Shown here one piece after another: positions 30,482 to 40,269 of a DNA stretch of 64,000 nucleotides. The position numbers were made by a program, and so were the translations under genes. This DNA is from an uncultured Gammaproteobacteria bacterium (GTDB lineage: Bacteria; Patescibacteriota; Microgenomatia; Levybacterales; UBA12049), in assembly GCA_965230895.1 (NCBI GenBank), contig OZ246394.1:916668-980667 (forward strand). Direction: 5' to 3'. Numbering within the stretch: position 1 is the first letter of the stretch; every line of letters starts with the position of its first letter. The notes under the pieces were generated by a model that searched no databases, was not told the origin of the DNA, and saw nothing but the letters and a program-made list of their open reading frames with translations.

Positions 30482-31411
30482 ATGAAACATGTTGCAGTTG
30501 TAACAGTTAATTTTAATACTGAACAGGACACTATTGATTTCCTCCACAGCCTTGAAAAGGTAAACAAGCCAAATATCCGATTAGACACCATTATTGTTGA
30601 TAATGGTTCGAAGGAAGTTTTTGAGCTTCCCCATAATATAAAGAAAGAACACATAAAATTGATCCGCTCTGATAGGAATACAGGCTTTTCAGGAGGATAT
30701 AATATTGGCATGAAAGAAGCATTAGCTAACGGTGCAGAATATATATTGATTGTGAATAATGATACATTGATGGATCCAGATATGATTGTTTATCTTCTTT
30801 CAGTTCTTGATAGTGATGCAAAAATTGGTGTAACAACTCCAAAGATATATTTTGCAAAAGGACACGAATTCCATAAAAATAGATACAAAAAAGAAGACCT
30901 TGGGAAAGTTTTCTGGTTTGCTGGAGGACATACAGATTGGGCAAATGTCCAAAGCATCCATCGCGGTGTTGATGAAGTTGATCATGGTCAATATGATAAA
31001 ACCGAAGAAATTGAATTCGCAACCGGTTGCTGCATGATGTTTAAGAGAGAAGTCTTGGAAAAAGTTGGCATGCTTGATGATGACTTTTTCTTATATTATG
31101 AAGATGCTGATTTGAATGAGCGAGTGCGGAGAGCTGGATACAAAATATTTTATGTTCCAGATGCAGTCCTAACACATGTCAACGCAGCATCTTCTGGTGG
31201 AGCTGGAAATGGCAATGTATTACAAGATTATTTTATAACCCGGAATAAAATGTTATTTGGAATGAAGTATGCACCATTTCGTACAAAGATTGCACTAATA
31301 CGGGAAAGTTTGCGGCTTTTAAGAACCGGCAGAGAATTTCAGAAATATGCAATTAAAGACTACTATCAAGGAAAGTTTAATAAAGGTACGTTCTTCGAAA
31401 AGCGGAAATAA
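30482..31411 (+). CDS. Glycosyltransferase family 2
   Basis: VAVVTVNFNT...IIVDNGS...IVNNDT pattern. Confidence 0.75.
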   Translation: MKHVAVVTVNFNTEQDTIDFLHSLEKVNKPNIRLDTIIVDNGSKEVFELPHNIKKEHIKLIRSDRNTGFSGGYNIGMKEALANGAEYILIVNNDTLMDPDMIVYLLSVLDSDAKIGVTTPKIYFAKGHEFHKNRYKKEDLGKVFWFAGGHTDWANVQSIHRGVDEVDHGQYDKTEEIEFATGCCMMFKREVLEKVGMLDDDFFLYYEDADLNERVRRAGYKIFYVPDAVLTHVNAASSGGAGNGNVLQDYFITRNKMLFGMKYAPFRTKIALIRESLRLLRTGREFQKYAIKDYYQGKFNKGTFFEKRK

Positions 31412-31412
31412 T

Positions 31413-32294
31413 CTAAAGTACTTCTAATGCTTTTGTATAGGTTTCAACCAAGTATGGCTTCTTTGTTACTTTTCCGAGAGCAATCAACGATTTTGCCTTT
31501 GTCACCATCATTGATTTCACAATTAAATACTCTGCAGGAGAACGATGCTTTTTATAAAAATACAACAAATTTTTATAAATATTTACGATCGCAAATGTTT
31601 TATTAGTACTTCCATGTTCTTTGTGTAACACCATAACGTTAGGATAGAAATAAACATCTTTCCTTGCCAAATGTGCACGATAGCATAATTCCATATCTTC
31701 AATATACATAAATATTTTCTCATCAAAACCACCGAGTGCATCAAACTCTGATTTTTTCGCCATCAGAAGACCACCCTTTACCCAATCAACTTTTTGAATC
31801 TTATTAGGGCTTTTGTCGAGCAACCCATACCTTTGTCCACCTGCAAGAAGCAATGCAGCATATTCAAGAGTGTAAAACTTTCCTGTTGAAGCTTGCAGTG
31901 AACCATCAAAGTTACGAAGCTGTCCGCCCATTATTGCAATATTTCCATGCTCGTCCATATATTTTGCCATTGCAAAAATACCATGATCTTTTACGATAGT
32001 GTCATTATTGAGAAAAAGAAGATATTTTCCTTTTGCTGATGCTGCTCCTAAATTGCATCCTGATCCAAATCCACTATTCTTTGGATTAGCGATAAGATGC
32101 ATATTTTTATACTCTTTACTTTTTATTTCTTTACGAATAGTCTGAACAGAATCATCTTGTGAATCATTATCAACGATAATTAATTCAATCTCGCCTTTTT
32201 CAAATTCATGTCTAAACACTTCGTACAATGATTGCATGCAATCAAGTGTCAATTCTTTTCTTTTATAATTAAGTGTAACTATCGAAAGTGTCAT
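31413..32294 (-). CDS. Glycosyltransferase family 2
   Basis: LSIVTLNYKR...IIVDNDSQD pattern. Confidence 0.75.
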   Translation of the reverse strand: MTLSIVTLNYKRKELTLDCMQSLYEVFRHEFEKGEIELIIVDNDSQDDSVQTIRKEIKSKEYKNMHLIANPKNSGFGSGCNLGAASAKGKYLLFLNNDTIVKDHGIFAMAKYMDEHGNIAIMGGQLRNFDGSLQASTGKFYTLEYAALLLAGGQRYGLLDKSPNKIQKVDWVKGGLLMAKKSEFDALGGFDEKIFMYIEDMELCYRAHLARKDVYFYPNVMVLHKEHGSTNKTFAIVNIYKNLLYFYKKHRSPAEYLIVKSMMVTKAKSLIALGKVTKKPYLVETYTKALEVL

Positions 32295-33244
32295 ACTTTA
32301 TTTTCCTTCAAAATAGATCTATCTGTTCGTACAAAAAGTTTCTTTGCTCGATATCTGGAATCTTTGACTCGATCCATTTGAGCAAGGGCAAGAAAGAATC
32401 CCTGAATAAAAACTAGATCACGACGCAAAACTGCCTTGAGCAAATGATACGGCATCCAGAGAATATGCGATAAAAGTAATCCTCGATCAGTAATGTTTTT
32501 CCAGATGAAAAAGTATTGATTTCTATAGGCAATCTTCTGGATATGCTTTGGTTTGAATTTCGTTTTGATAGCACCTTCTTCATGTTCATGCACAACAATA
32601 CTACGCGGTTCAAAAACAATTTTATAACCTGACTTCCAGGCTCTATACGAAAGATCTATATCTTCCCAATAAAACGGATTAAATAAATTATCTAACCCAC
32701 CTAATTTATCCCAAATCTTTTTATTAAATGCACTACTTCCTCCACTTGCCCAAAGAGATTGACCAGCCGAAACATCTGCAGCTTTATGTTGGAGAAACCC
32801 ACGCTGCCACCAACCAATTGCTCTACCTCGAGGGACACTTTTTCCTTCTTCTATACTTTCATCCAAACACCCGACTGCAAATACTTTATCATCAGAAAAA
32901 TGCGCAAGCAGTGGAGCAAGGAATTCTTTATAAGGTCGAACATCTGAATTGAAGAGAATAAGAATATCTCCACTTGCCAATTGGACACCACGATTTACAT
33001 TTTTTGAGAAACCAGCTTCTTCTCTTTTGAGATTATTAATCGTTTTACCAACAATATGCTTTTCTTTAATTGACTTGATAAAAGCTTCAATGACTTCTGT
33101 TGATTTATCTGTCGAAGGATCATTGGGGATAATAATTTCAACCTTACCTTCTTTATAATCTTTTACTGATTCAAGGACATGAGGAAGGTTTTTCTTTAGA
33201 ATTTTCTCTCCGTTGTAGTTAGGGATAACAATGCTTATATTCAT
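32291..33244 (-). CDS. Glycosyltransferase family 2
   Basis: ISIVIPNYNG...LFNSDV pattern. Internal Met start chosen at MNISIV (33244); the track ORF extends to 33301. Confidence 0.7.
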   Translation of the reverse strand: MNISIVIPNYNGEKILKKNLPHVLESVKDYKEGKVEIIIPNDPSTDKSTEVIEAFIKSIKEKHIVGKTINNLKREEAGFSKNVNRGVQLASGDILILFNSDVRPYKEFLAPLLAHFSDDKVFAVGCLDESIEEGKSVPRGRAIGWWQRGFLQHKAADVSAGQSLWASGGSSAFNKKIWDKLGGLDNLFNPFYWEDIDLSYRAWKSGYKIVFEPRSIVVHEHEEGAIKTKFKPKHIQKIAYRNQYFFIWKNITDRGLLLSHILWMPYHLLKAVLRRDLVFIQGFFLALAQMDRVKDSRYRAKKLFVRTDRSILKENKV

Positions 33245-33254
33245 AGAACCTCGT

Positions 33255-33515
33255 CTATACACTAAATAGGTACAGGGAGAGTACCACACCCAGGCAGGCA
33301 ATCAAAATATACTCAATAACTAATCGGACATGCAATTCGTGATGGACATAATGGTGAAGTAATGACCATATGAAATAACATGTTGCCGTCATAGTAATAA
33401 TTAATGCTTGTAACTTACTACTCTGGCTATTAAGTGTAATTAATGCCAATCCTAATCCAAAGATCAACAGTGTTGAACTGTAATACCAAATATGTTTGCG
33501 TATATCCTGAATCAT
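33255..33515 (-). CDS. Small two-TM membrane protein
   Basis: 86-aa hydrophobic ORF with a 1-nt overlap to the upstream CAP-domain gene. Confidence 0.3.
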   Translation of the reverse strand: MIQDIRKHIWYYSSTLLIFGLGLALITLNSQSSKLQALIITMTATCYFIWSLLHHYVHHELHVRLVIEYILIACLGVVLSLYLFSV

Positions 33516-34453
33516 TATAAAATTACTCCTCTACCAATAATTATACCCGCTATCAAAATGAATAAAAGGAAAAGAATATGATCGATATTATGTGAGAATG
33601 CTCGGACGATCTTTTTGCGTTCAATGATAATTGCATCAAGTACGAGAACAAAGATAAAGAATAACAGGAAGAAATATGAGATGTTTTGTTTGATAGAGTT
33701 AGCATCGATCAATGGAGAACTTTGTACAGAAGCTACTCCAGCAAGATCTTTTGGATTTTCATCGGTGCTTGCTGTAATAGGAGCAGGCGTCGGCGTAGGT
33801 TCAGGAGTCATGGTTGGCTGGTTATTTGTATTAACTGGCGGTGCTAGCCCCGTTGGCACAACAGCCAATTGTCCTTCCTCATCTTTAGGTGTGTATGGAC
33901 TTCCAAACATTTGAACCACGAGCACAGTATCTGATCCAGTTAATGTTCCTGGTAGGACAGCAAAGCCGATATCGGTATAATTTGGTGACAGCATATTCTC
34001 ACGATGAGTAGGGCTATCCATCCAGGCATCAACGACAGCCTTTCCGCTATCAAACCCTCTTGCAAGATTCTCTCCTGCGTATAAATATTGATAGCCAGAA
34101 TCTTTGATAAATACCCAAGGAGTTGTACCATCAGGCGCGACATGTGCCCAATAATTCTTCGCAAACATATGATGTGCTTTATGATCTGCTGCCGAAGACA
34201 ATTTCGCGTTTAATTTTAGCGGCGCTAGACCATTTGCCTGACGTTTGATATTTGTATAGGTCAACAGATCCTGAATAGATATACTTGTAGAATCTCCAAG
34301 CACTGCAGGATACTGTTTTTCCACGCCAGCCATTGTTATCAAGCCTGACATCAAAAACGCCACGATCAAAAAGATAATTTCATAATGCAAAACTCGTGGA
34401 CGATAATTATTGGTATGGCGAGGAATTAAAAGATGATGGAGAAAATTTCTCAT
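33515..34453 (-). CDS. CAP/SCP/PR-1 domain protein with N-terminal TM, a Pro/Thr linker and a C-terminal TM
   Basis: HHMFAKNYWAHVAPDGTTPW...GENLARGF...HRENMLSPNYTDIGFAV CAP-domain signatures. Confidence 0.7.
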   Translation of the reverse strand: MRNFLHHLLIPRHTNNYRPRVLHYEIIFLIVAFLMSGLITMAGVEKQYPAVLGDSTSISIQDLLTYTNIKRQANGLAPLKLNAKLSSAADHKAHHMFAKNYWAHVAPDGTTPWVFIKDSGYQYLYAGENLARGFDSGKAVVDAWMDSPTHRENMLSPNYTDIGFAVLPGTLTGSDTVLVVQMFGSPYTPKDEEGQLAVVPTGLAPPVNTNNQPTMTPEPTPTPAPITASTDENPKDLAGVASVQSSPLIDANSIKQNISYFFLLFFIFVLVLDAIIIERKKIVRAFSHNIDHILFLLFILIAGIIIGRGVIL

Positions 34454-34508
34454 ACTATGTAAAGTATACAGTGTCCTCCGCGAAGAGTAAATTAGATTTC
34501 ATTCAGTC

Positions 34509-34826
34509 CTAGGAATAAACGGCTTCAACTGCTTCTCCAACTTTTTTTCCGTTAATAGGAACTTGTAAGAGTTGCCCTAATGTATTTGCAATTGTTATGC
34601 CAACCCGCAATCCGGTAAAAGAACCAGGACCAACGTTCACTTCAATTTCAGTAATATCTTTCAAGTCTATATGATTATCCGCAAGCACGGATTGAATCAT
34701 CGGTAATACAATCTGACTTTTTCGGTGATTTGGAATTTGCGTACGAACATCTTCTCTAGCATCAATTTTTAAACGGATCACAGTTTCCTTATTGTTTGAA
34801 GTATCAATGTATAAAATATTTTTCAT
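34509..34826 (-). CDS. tsaB: TsaB (YeaZ)-like protein, truncated to the N-terminal ASKHA half-domain (105 aa)
   Basis: MKNILYIDTS...GPGSFTGLRVGITIANTL matches the TsaB N-terminus. It ends about 120 aa short of a canonical TsaB. Confidence 0.55.
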   Translation of the reverse strand: MKNILYIDTSNNKETVIRLKIDAREDVRTQIPNHRKSQIVLPMIQSVLADNHIDLKDITEIEVNVGPGSFTGLRVGITIANTLGQLLQVPINGKKVGEAVEAVYS

Positions 34827-35396
34827 TTAAGTATGTACAGCTCCTTGGCGTAAGATTTTCCATGGATCATCAACTACTGAAATGACAGTCGATGCTTCCT
34901 TAGTAAAAGTTTCTCCAGGGACAACGTAATCAACTAATTTTACCAATTCTGGATCGAGATCTTCAAATGCATAGGGTGTTTTTTCTCCAGGGAAATTTGC
35001 CGAAGAACCAAGGATAGGAACACCAACACCATTGATTATCTCAAGTGTTGTGAGATGATTTGGTACTCGAACTCCGAGAGTATTATCCTTTCGAACTAAT
35101 GAAGGTATCTTATCAGTTTTACATCGGAGTACAATTGTAAGACCACCTGGCCAATGCGGGCTAATAAGTTTGGTAATTACGTCTGGAGAAACTGGCTCAA
35201 TATACGGCTCAAGCATTTCAAGGCTTGCAGCAAGAACAGGCGTTGCTTTGTCCTCAGGTCTTCTTCTTAGTGCGAACAATCGCTTCACTGACTCTTCATT
35301 ATCGATTCTGCAACCGATACCAAAAGCTGTATCTGTAGGGAAGATAACGACTCCACCGTCTTTGATAATTCTTACCGCTTTTTGCACATGATCCAT
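34827..35396 (-). CDS. tsaC: L-threonylcarbamoyladenylate synthase (YrdC/Sua5 domain)
   Basis: VIFPTDTAFGIGC...RPEDKATPVL...LTIVLR YrdC signatures. Confidence 0.8.
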   Translation of the reverse strand: MDHVQKAVRIIKDGGVVIFPTDTAFGIGCRIDNEESVKRLFALRRRPEDKATPVLAASLEMLEPYIEPVSPDVITKLISPHWPGGLTIVLRCKTDKIPSLVRKDNTLGVRVPNHLTTLEIINGVGVPILGSSANFPGEKTPYAFEDLDPELVKLVDYVVPGETFTKEASTVISVVDDPWKILRQGAVHT

Positions 35397-35466
35397 GAGT
35401 GCATTTTATCATAATTTGAGCTTGACAAGCCTCACTCTTCCCATCTATGCTTAAGATGAGGTCATA

Positions 35467-36063
35467 ATGGATCAAAACACTGAAACTGCCACTTCTTATT
35501 ACAACGCACATCGAAGAAAATCTTTTTTTCTTTCTCGCCTTTTCGTTCTTATTTCAATGCTCGTTCTTATCGTGACTTTGGGTGTAAATATTGCAGTCCT
35601 GTATCAACAAAGAACTTCCGCAACCACAAGAGCATCTGGTCCAGTTGGCCAAAATAATCTTCCTGCGCTTCCACAAGGCTGTGAATATGAAACAAAACAG
35701 AATGGCGTAGTAGTTGTTTGCCCTACAGAAACACCACAAGCATCTCCAACGATTGCTTCAAATCCTAAGTTTCCAATTAATGTAGAGCTACCCGAGCTTC
35801 CGGAGCCATGTACATATGCTTCTTCAAATGGTGGATTTGAGGTAAATTGCACCAGTCCAAATGCAGTCATACCAACCTCTCCAGTAAGAACAGTTACCTC
35901 ATGCCAAGTAGGAACTGAGAAAAACACATTAATTTGTCGCGAAACTACTGGAGAAAAAGTTGTTGTACCTTTACCACCATTACCTGCAGGCTGCGAGTAT
36001 CAAGTTGTAGCAAGAAATTATTTTGTTAGCTGCAAACCAAGTAAAGTTTCAGTACAGAACTAG
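35467..36063 (+). CDS. Secreted or membrane-anchored protein with four tandem Cys-pair repeats (LPxLPxxCxY...VxC)
   Basis: N-terminal TM LFVLISMLVLIVTLGV. Repeats LPALPQGCEYETKQNGVVVVC / LPELPEPCTYASSNGGFEVNC / TSCQVGTEKNTLIC / LPPLPAGCEYQVVARNYFVSC. Confidence 0.5.
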   Translation: MDQNTETATSYYNAHRRKSFFLSRLFVLISMLVLIVTLGVNIAVLYQQRTSATTRASGPVGQNNLPALPQGCEYETKQNGVVVVCPTETPQASPTIASNPKFPINVELPELPEPCTYASSNGGFEVNCTSPNAVIPTSPVRTVTSCQVGTEKNTLICRETTGEKVVVPLPPLPAGCEYQVVARNYFVSCKPSKVSVQN

Positions 36064-36488
36064 GAGCTAAACGTAATACTTCTTTCGTCATCTTCCAAAT
36101 ATTCAAAGTAAATATCAATCCTGTCTTTTGGCAGAATACTCTCAATCTTTTCAGGCCATTCAATAGCGACAATGTTTTCCCTTTCTCCAATCAGTTCAAG
36201 CAAACCTAATCCCTCAACATCTTTTTCAGAAGCGATTCGATACAAATCTACGTGGAATAGATTCTGAATTGGAGAATCTGCAACTTCATATGTTCGCATG
36301 ATTATAAAAGTAGGAGAAATAATATTCCGTTTAATCCCCAATCCCTTTGCCAAACCCTGCATAAATGTCGTTTTGCCAGAACCCAAATCACCATGCAGCG
36401 CAAGGACTTCTCCTCCTTTTAAGGCCTTTGCAAGTTCTAAACCTAGTTGTTGCGTCTCTTTAAAACTTTTTGTAATTATTTTTTTCAT
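36060..36488 (-). CDS. tsaE: tRNA t6A biosynthesis ATPase TsaE (YjeE)
   Basis: Walker A GDLGSGKTTF and the TsaE-typical SPTF motif. Confidence 0.8.
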   Translation of the reverse strand: MKKIITKSFKETQQLGLELAKALKGGEVLALHGDLGSGKTTFMQGLAKGLGIKRNIISPTFIIMRTYEVADSPIQNLFHVDLYRIASEKDVEGLGLLELIGERENIVAIEWPEKIESILPKDRIDIYFEYLEDDERSITFSS

Positions 36489-36489
36489 A

Positions 36490-37368
36490 TTATGTACGCT
36501 GCTTCAGTTTTTTCAGAAATATGACAACAGCACAGGCAATTATAAACCCTGCACCCAAAATTGTAAAAAGGGCTGGTGCACTAGAAGCACCCTTTACTTT
36601 CACAGGAATAGACGGAAGAGGAATACGGGTTGGTTCATTTGCTTTGGTCTTAGCACCAAGAATTGCTGTAGGATATGCTCCACGACTTGCAACTTTTGCG
36701 GAAGCATTTGCTGGACGAATCGTCGGAGAGAGACGAATACTGGTTGGTGTTGGCAAAGAAGTTGAACTCCGAACCGTAGGAGTTCTTGTCGCTGTTGATC
36801 GAGAGATTGTGGAACCTGATTGCGCTTGCGTTGATGAAGAAACTCCTTGAGAAGCTGCAGTTTTTGCTGTGGGTTCTGGTTCGGGAGTATTCGTAGGCAT
36901 TGGTCCAGAATTTGGACTGCCTTTTGTTGTACTGGAAAGATACGCAAAGCTTCCATTCCCATCTGGAAATCTTCCCATAGCAACATCATACCCAGGCCCA
37001 TCCGTATAAGTCAGTTGATCCGCTATAGAACCGCTGGAACTAAAAAGAACGACAGTATCACCATCATTGTTAAACATTGATGCAGTCAATTCAATGTAAT
37101 AATGTTGACTATCACTCCCAGCAACAACACCGTCTAAGCTCTTTTTTGCACTTCCACCATTATCGTTGGCAAAATCAGTGTCATCATCGATCCAGTAATT
37201 CTTCAAATCACTACTATCTGTCACATACAACTCTACCCATTCTTTATTTCCAGCAGTTGGATGAGCGAGTACTTCATTAATGGTGACAGGACTTGCTGCA
37301 TATGCTTGGTTTGGAAAGTTCACCAGTAAAATAAGAAGAGAACCTAGTATAATGAGAAGAGACTGCAT
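36490..37368 (-). CDS. Secreted lamin-tail-domain (LTD) protein with a Pro/Thr/Ser-rich linker and a C-terminal TM anchor
   Basis: Signal peptide, then PVTINEVLAHPTAGNKEWVELYVT (LTD signature), a PT-rich low-complexity stretch, and C-terminal ALFTILGAGFIIACAVVIFL. Confidence 0.55.
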   Translation of the reverse strand: MQSLLIILGSLLILLVNFPNQAYAASPVTINEVLAHPTAGNKEWVELYVTDSSDLKNYWIDDDTDFANDNGGSAKKSLDGVVAGSDSQHYYIELTASMFNNDGDTVVLFSSSGSIADQLTYTDGPGYDVAMGRFPDGNGSFAYLSSTTKGSPNSGPMPTNTPEPEPTAKTAASQGVSSSTQAQSGSTISRSTATRTPTVRSSTSLPTPTSIRLSPTIRPANASAKVASRGAYPTAILGAKTKANEPTRIPLPSIPVKVKGASSAPALFTILGAGFIIACAVVIFLKKLKQRT

Positions 37369-37410
37369 GATAGTTTAATCATACATGAAAACTATAAGAA
37401 AGAGAATGTA

Positions 37411-38583
37411 TTAGTTATACCAACCGTATTGAGAGATGCTAGAGTAATAATCGGAGAATTTAAGATCAGGCCCATTCCATGGATCATTCATGATGTAATT
37501 TCCTGCTGATCCACTCTTCAAAACGACAAAGTGAGAATTGTTTTTGACACCAACAATAACTGGCTCACCACTTGCCAGCTTACTATCAATTGCAGATTGG
37601 TTATTTCCCCATGCTGAAGAGAATTTGCCTCCACCCCATGGAATAGCCATATATGCAGTGTTTGAGAAGAAATATGAACTATTACTTGTCACTGATGCTG
37701 GAGTAACGTCTTCTCCATGCTTTTTCATAATCATAGCCATAGAAGTTGCAAGACATCCAACTTCCCAAACATATTCAGGAGATGATCCCATATTTGAATT
37801 ACCCCATCGGGAATCCCGCTGATTGAAGTACCACCCATCAGGACTTGCTTGTGGAGGAAGCACAGATCCACCATGGCCTCGCGCGAAAGATTTCATTGAA
37901 TTAACTTGCGCACGCGCCTGAGACAATAAAGTCTGGTAATGAGCTTCATCGTTCTTTGTAGCTGTCAATAAACTTTGTTTACTCGCCTTATCTTTATCAA
38001 GTTGTACTTGATAGCCTTCAAGCTGTTTGTTTAGTTCTTCAACTTTCTTCTTTTTCTGCTCAAGAATCGTCTTTTGATTTGCATAATCATTCCTTGCCTG
38101 TTGAGTATCATAAAGCAATTGTCGGTCATGACTCTGAACAATCTTCAGATAATTTGCACGAGACATAAGATCAGACATATTTCCAGAAGCTAGAAGAACC
38201 TGCAGTTCTTTTGCATCGCCAGCTTGGTATGTTGCGACAATTCGATTAAGTAATACCTTGGTTGTGTTATCAAGCGAACCCTCAAGGTTGTTCATGCGCT
38301 TGCCCGCTGATTCGATATCAAGAGTTATATCCATAACTTCTTTTTGTGTCGCATCGATACGATATTCAGTTAATGAGATTTGTCCATCCATAGCAGCAAT
38401 TTGTGAAGATAAAGAATTTCCTTGAGATTTAAGATCTGAGACTTTTCTTTCAAGTTCGCGGATACGATTATTAAGGTCGTTTACTTGCTGCTGGTTACCT
38501 GTAGATTGTGTTTGTGCATACACAAATGCACCGCTTACTCCAAAACCTACAATAGCAAGAATAAAAATTAGTAATCTCTTCAT
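37411..38583 (-). CDS. Secreted coiled-coil protein with a C-terminal papain-like (Peptidase_C39-like) domain; candidate FtsEX-regulated peptidoglycan hydrolase (PcsB/CwlO analogue)
   Basis: Signal peptide, about 220 aa of heptad-rich coiled coil, then QRDSRWGNSNMGSSPEYVWEVGCLATSMAMIM...NSHFVVL (Q...C...H arrangement as in C39-like domains). It lies directly downstream of ftsEX. Confidence 0.55.
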   Translation of the reverse strand: MKRLLIFILAIVGFGVSGAFVYAQTQSTGNQQQVNDLNNRIRELERKVSDLKSQGNSLSSQIAAMDGQISLTEYRIDATQKEVMDITLDIESAGKRMNNLEGSLDNTTKVLLNRIVATYQAGDAKELQVLLASGNMSDLMSRANYLKIVQSHDRQLLYDTQQARNDYANQKTILEQKKKKVEELNKQLEGYQVQLDKDKASKQSLLTATKNDEAHYQTLLSQARAQVNSMKSFARGHGGSVLPPQASPDGWYFNQRDSRWGNSNMGSSPEYVWEVGCLATSMAMIMKKHGEDVTPASVTSNSSYFFSNTAYMAIPWGGGKFSSAWGNNQSAIDSKLASGEPVIVGVKNNSHFVVLKSGSAGNYIMNDPWNGPDLKFSDYYSSISQYGWYN

Positions 38584-38620
38584 AATGATTCGGGCCGTTC
38601 AATTATACGACCAAGTTGTT

Positions 38621-39487
38621 TTATTTCAAGTACCGGCGTACAGCAAGTGAGCTGGCGAGGATGCCAAGGAAAACTGCAATAACTAACTCACCAAGCAAAA
38701 GCGCTACTAAGAATACTGGTGATACCGGAAGCACAGGAATTCCCTTTAAGAACGTTTCAAGATATGGTGTCGCATAGAGAAGTCCACCTGAAGCAACAAG
38801 CCAGCCGATAAGTGTTCCAAGAATACCATAGAAAATACCTTCCAGAATAAAAGGCATGCGGATATACATATTGGTCGCGGAAAGGAGCTTCATAATTTCG
38901 ATTTCTTCTTTCTTTTGCGAAACTTTAAATCCGATGACAGTCATCATGATAAAGACAGATACAAGTGCCAACACAGCAATAAGCGTTATCCCAACAATAC
39001 GAACAGCATTGGTCCAGCTTGCCAAAGTCGAGACAATATCTTTTTGGTAGATTACTTCATTAACATACGGCGATGCTCGAAGTGTATTGGAGACAGGTTC
39101 GAGATCTTCAATTTTATAGGTAGAGATTTCCAGCGAAGCAGGCAAGATATCTTCTGTTACCAAATCAAGTAATAACGGATCGTTTTTATTTTGTTCTTTA
39201 TAGATCTGCAATGCTTCTGCTTTGGATACATATTTTGTTGAAGCAATTTGTCCTGTTTGTTGGAGTTGTGCACGAAGTTGATCAATATCTTGAGGCTTTG
39301 CTTCATCTTTAAAGAACGCTGTAACTTGTGGCTTTGATTCAAAATATTGAATGACCGCTGAAGATCCAAACACGATGAAAGAGAAAATCGTTATAGAAAG
39401 AAATGTCAGCATCATGATAAAAACAGCTGCCATTGACTGATATGGACTTCTTCGAATGTGTTTTAACGTTGTCTTAGTTGCTCGCAT
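38621..39487 (-). CDS. ftsX: Cell-division ABC transporter permease FtsX
   Basis: N-terminal TM, large extracellular loop, three C-terminal TMs. Start chosen at MRATK (39487), 4 nt after the ftsE stop; the track ORF overlaps ftsE by 47 nt. Confidence 0.75.
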   Translation of the reverse strand: MRATKTTLKHIRRSPYQSMAAVFIMMLTFLSITIFSFIVFGSSAVIQYFESKPQVTAFFKDEAKPQDIDQLRAQLQQTGQIASTKYVSKAEALQIYKEQNKNDPLLLDLVTEDILPASLEISTYKIEDLEPVSNTLRASPYVNEVIYQKDIVSTLASWTNAVRIVGITLIAVLALVSVFIMMTVIGFKVSQKKEEIEIMKLLSATNMYIRMPFILEGIFYGILGTLIGWLVASGGLLYATPYLETFLKGIPVLPVSPVFLVALLLGELVIAVFLGILASSLAVRRYLK

Positions 39488-39491
39488 ACAT

Positions 39492-40187
39492 TTATTCCTC
39501 TTTTTTAGCGTGAGCTTTTGTTTCACGCTTATCATCACGGGTTAAAATACCTTTTTCGAGAATCAATGTTCTTTTCTGCATACTGTTCACAATATCGGCA
39601 TTATGTGTTGCCATAATAATAGTTGTACCACTATCGTTGATATCCTGCAAAAGTTTTACGATTTCCCATGTTGTCGCATTATCTAAATTACCTGTCGGTT
39701 CGTCAGCAAGAAGAATTTCAGGATTGAAAGCTAGTGCTCTAGCGATTGCTGCTCGTTGTAATTCTCCTCCAGATAATTGGATTGGGAATTTATTTATGTG
39801 CTCCTGAATTCCCACACGTTCGATAATCTCTTCTACTCGCTTTTTTGCATCGTGTGTATCCATGTTCCCTACTTCGAGCGGAAACATAATATTTTCAAAA
39901 ATTGTCCTATCACGCAAAAGCTTTAAATCCTGAAATACCATTCCGATATTTTTTCGCAAATGATGCACTTTCTTATGAGGAAGTTTCACAAGATCCCAAT
40001 CCCCTATATGGATTGCACCACTTGTCGGGACAGTATCACGGATAAGCAAGCGGAACAAGGTAGTCTTCCCGGATCCAGACGGTCCAACTAAAAAGACAAA
40101 TTCTCCACGATCAATCGTGAAGGTAACATCAGCAAGAGCTGTATTTCCAGTCGGATATGCTTTGGTAACATTTTCTAGTCGTATCAT
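39492..40187 (-). CDS. ftsE: Cell-division ATP-binding protein FtsE
   Basis: MIRLENVTKAYPTGNTAL, Walker A GPSGSGKTT, LSGGELQR, Walker B LLADEPTGNLD. Confidence 0.85.
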   Translation of the reverse strand: MIRLENVTKAYPTGNTALADVTFTIDRGEFVFLVGPSGSGKTTLFRLLIRDTVPTSGAIHIGDWDLVKLPHKKVHHLRKNIGMVFQDLKLLRDRTIFENIMFPLEVGNMDTHDAKKRVEEIIERVGIQEHINKFPIQLSGGELQRAAIARALAFNPEILLADEPTGNLDNATTWEIVKLLQDINDSGTTIIMATHNADIVNSMQKRTLILEKGILTRDDKRETKAHAKKEE

Positions 40188-40269
40188 AGGTCATTGCAGG
40201 GATATATTTTGGGCGGCAATCTCCTCCCCGACGAGATTGCTGCTCCCGCCGAATGACGGATCGTCGAGA

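Noticed and set aside
36521-37280. Stack of overlapping ORFs on both strands (36521-36850 +, 36600-37001 -, 36847-37080 +, 37077-37280 +)
   Set aside because: They arise from the low-complexity Pro/Thr/Ser-rich region of the LTD protein gene (36490-37368), where all frames stay open. Only the long minus-strand ORF has signal-peptide, domain and anchor logic.
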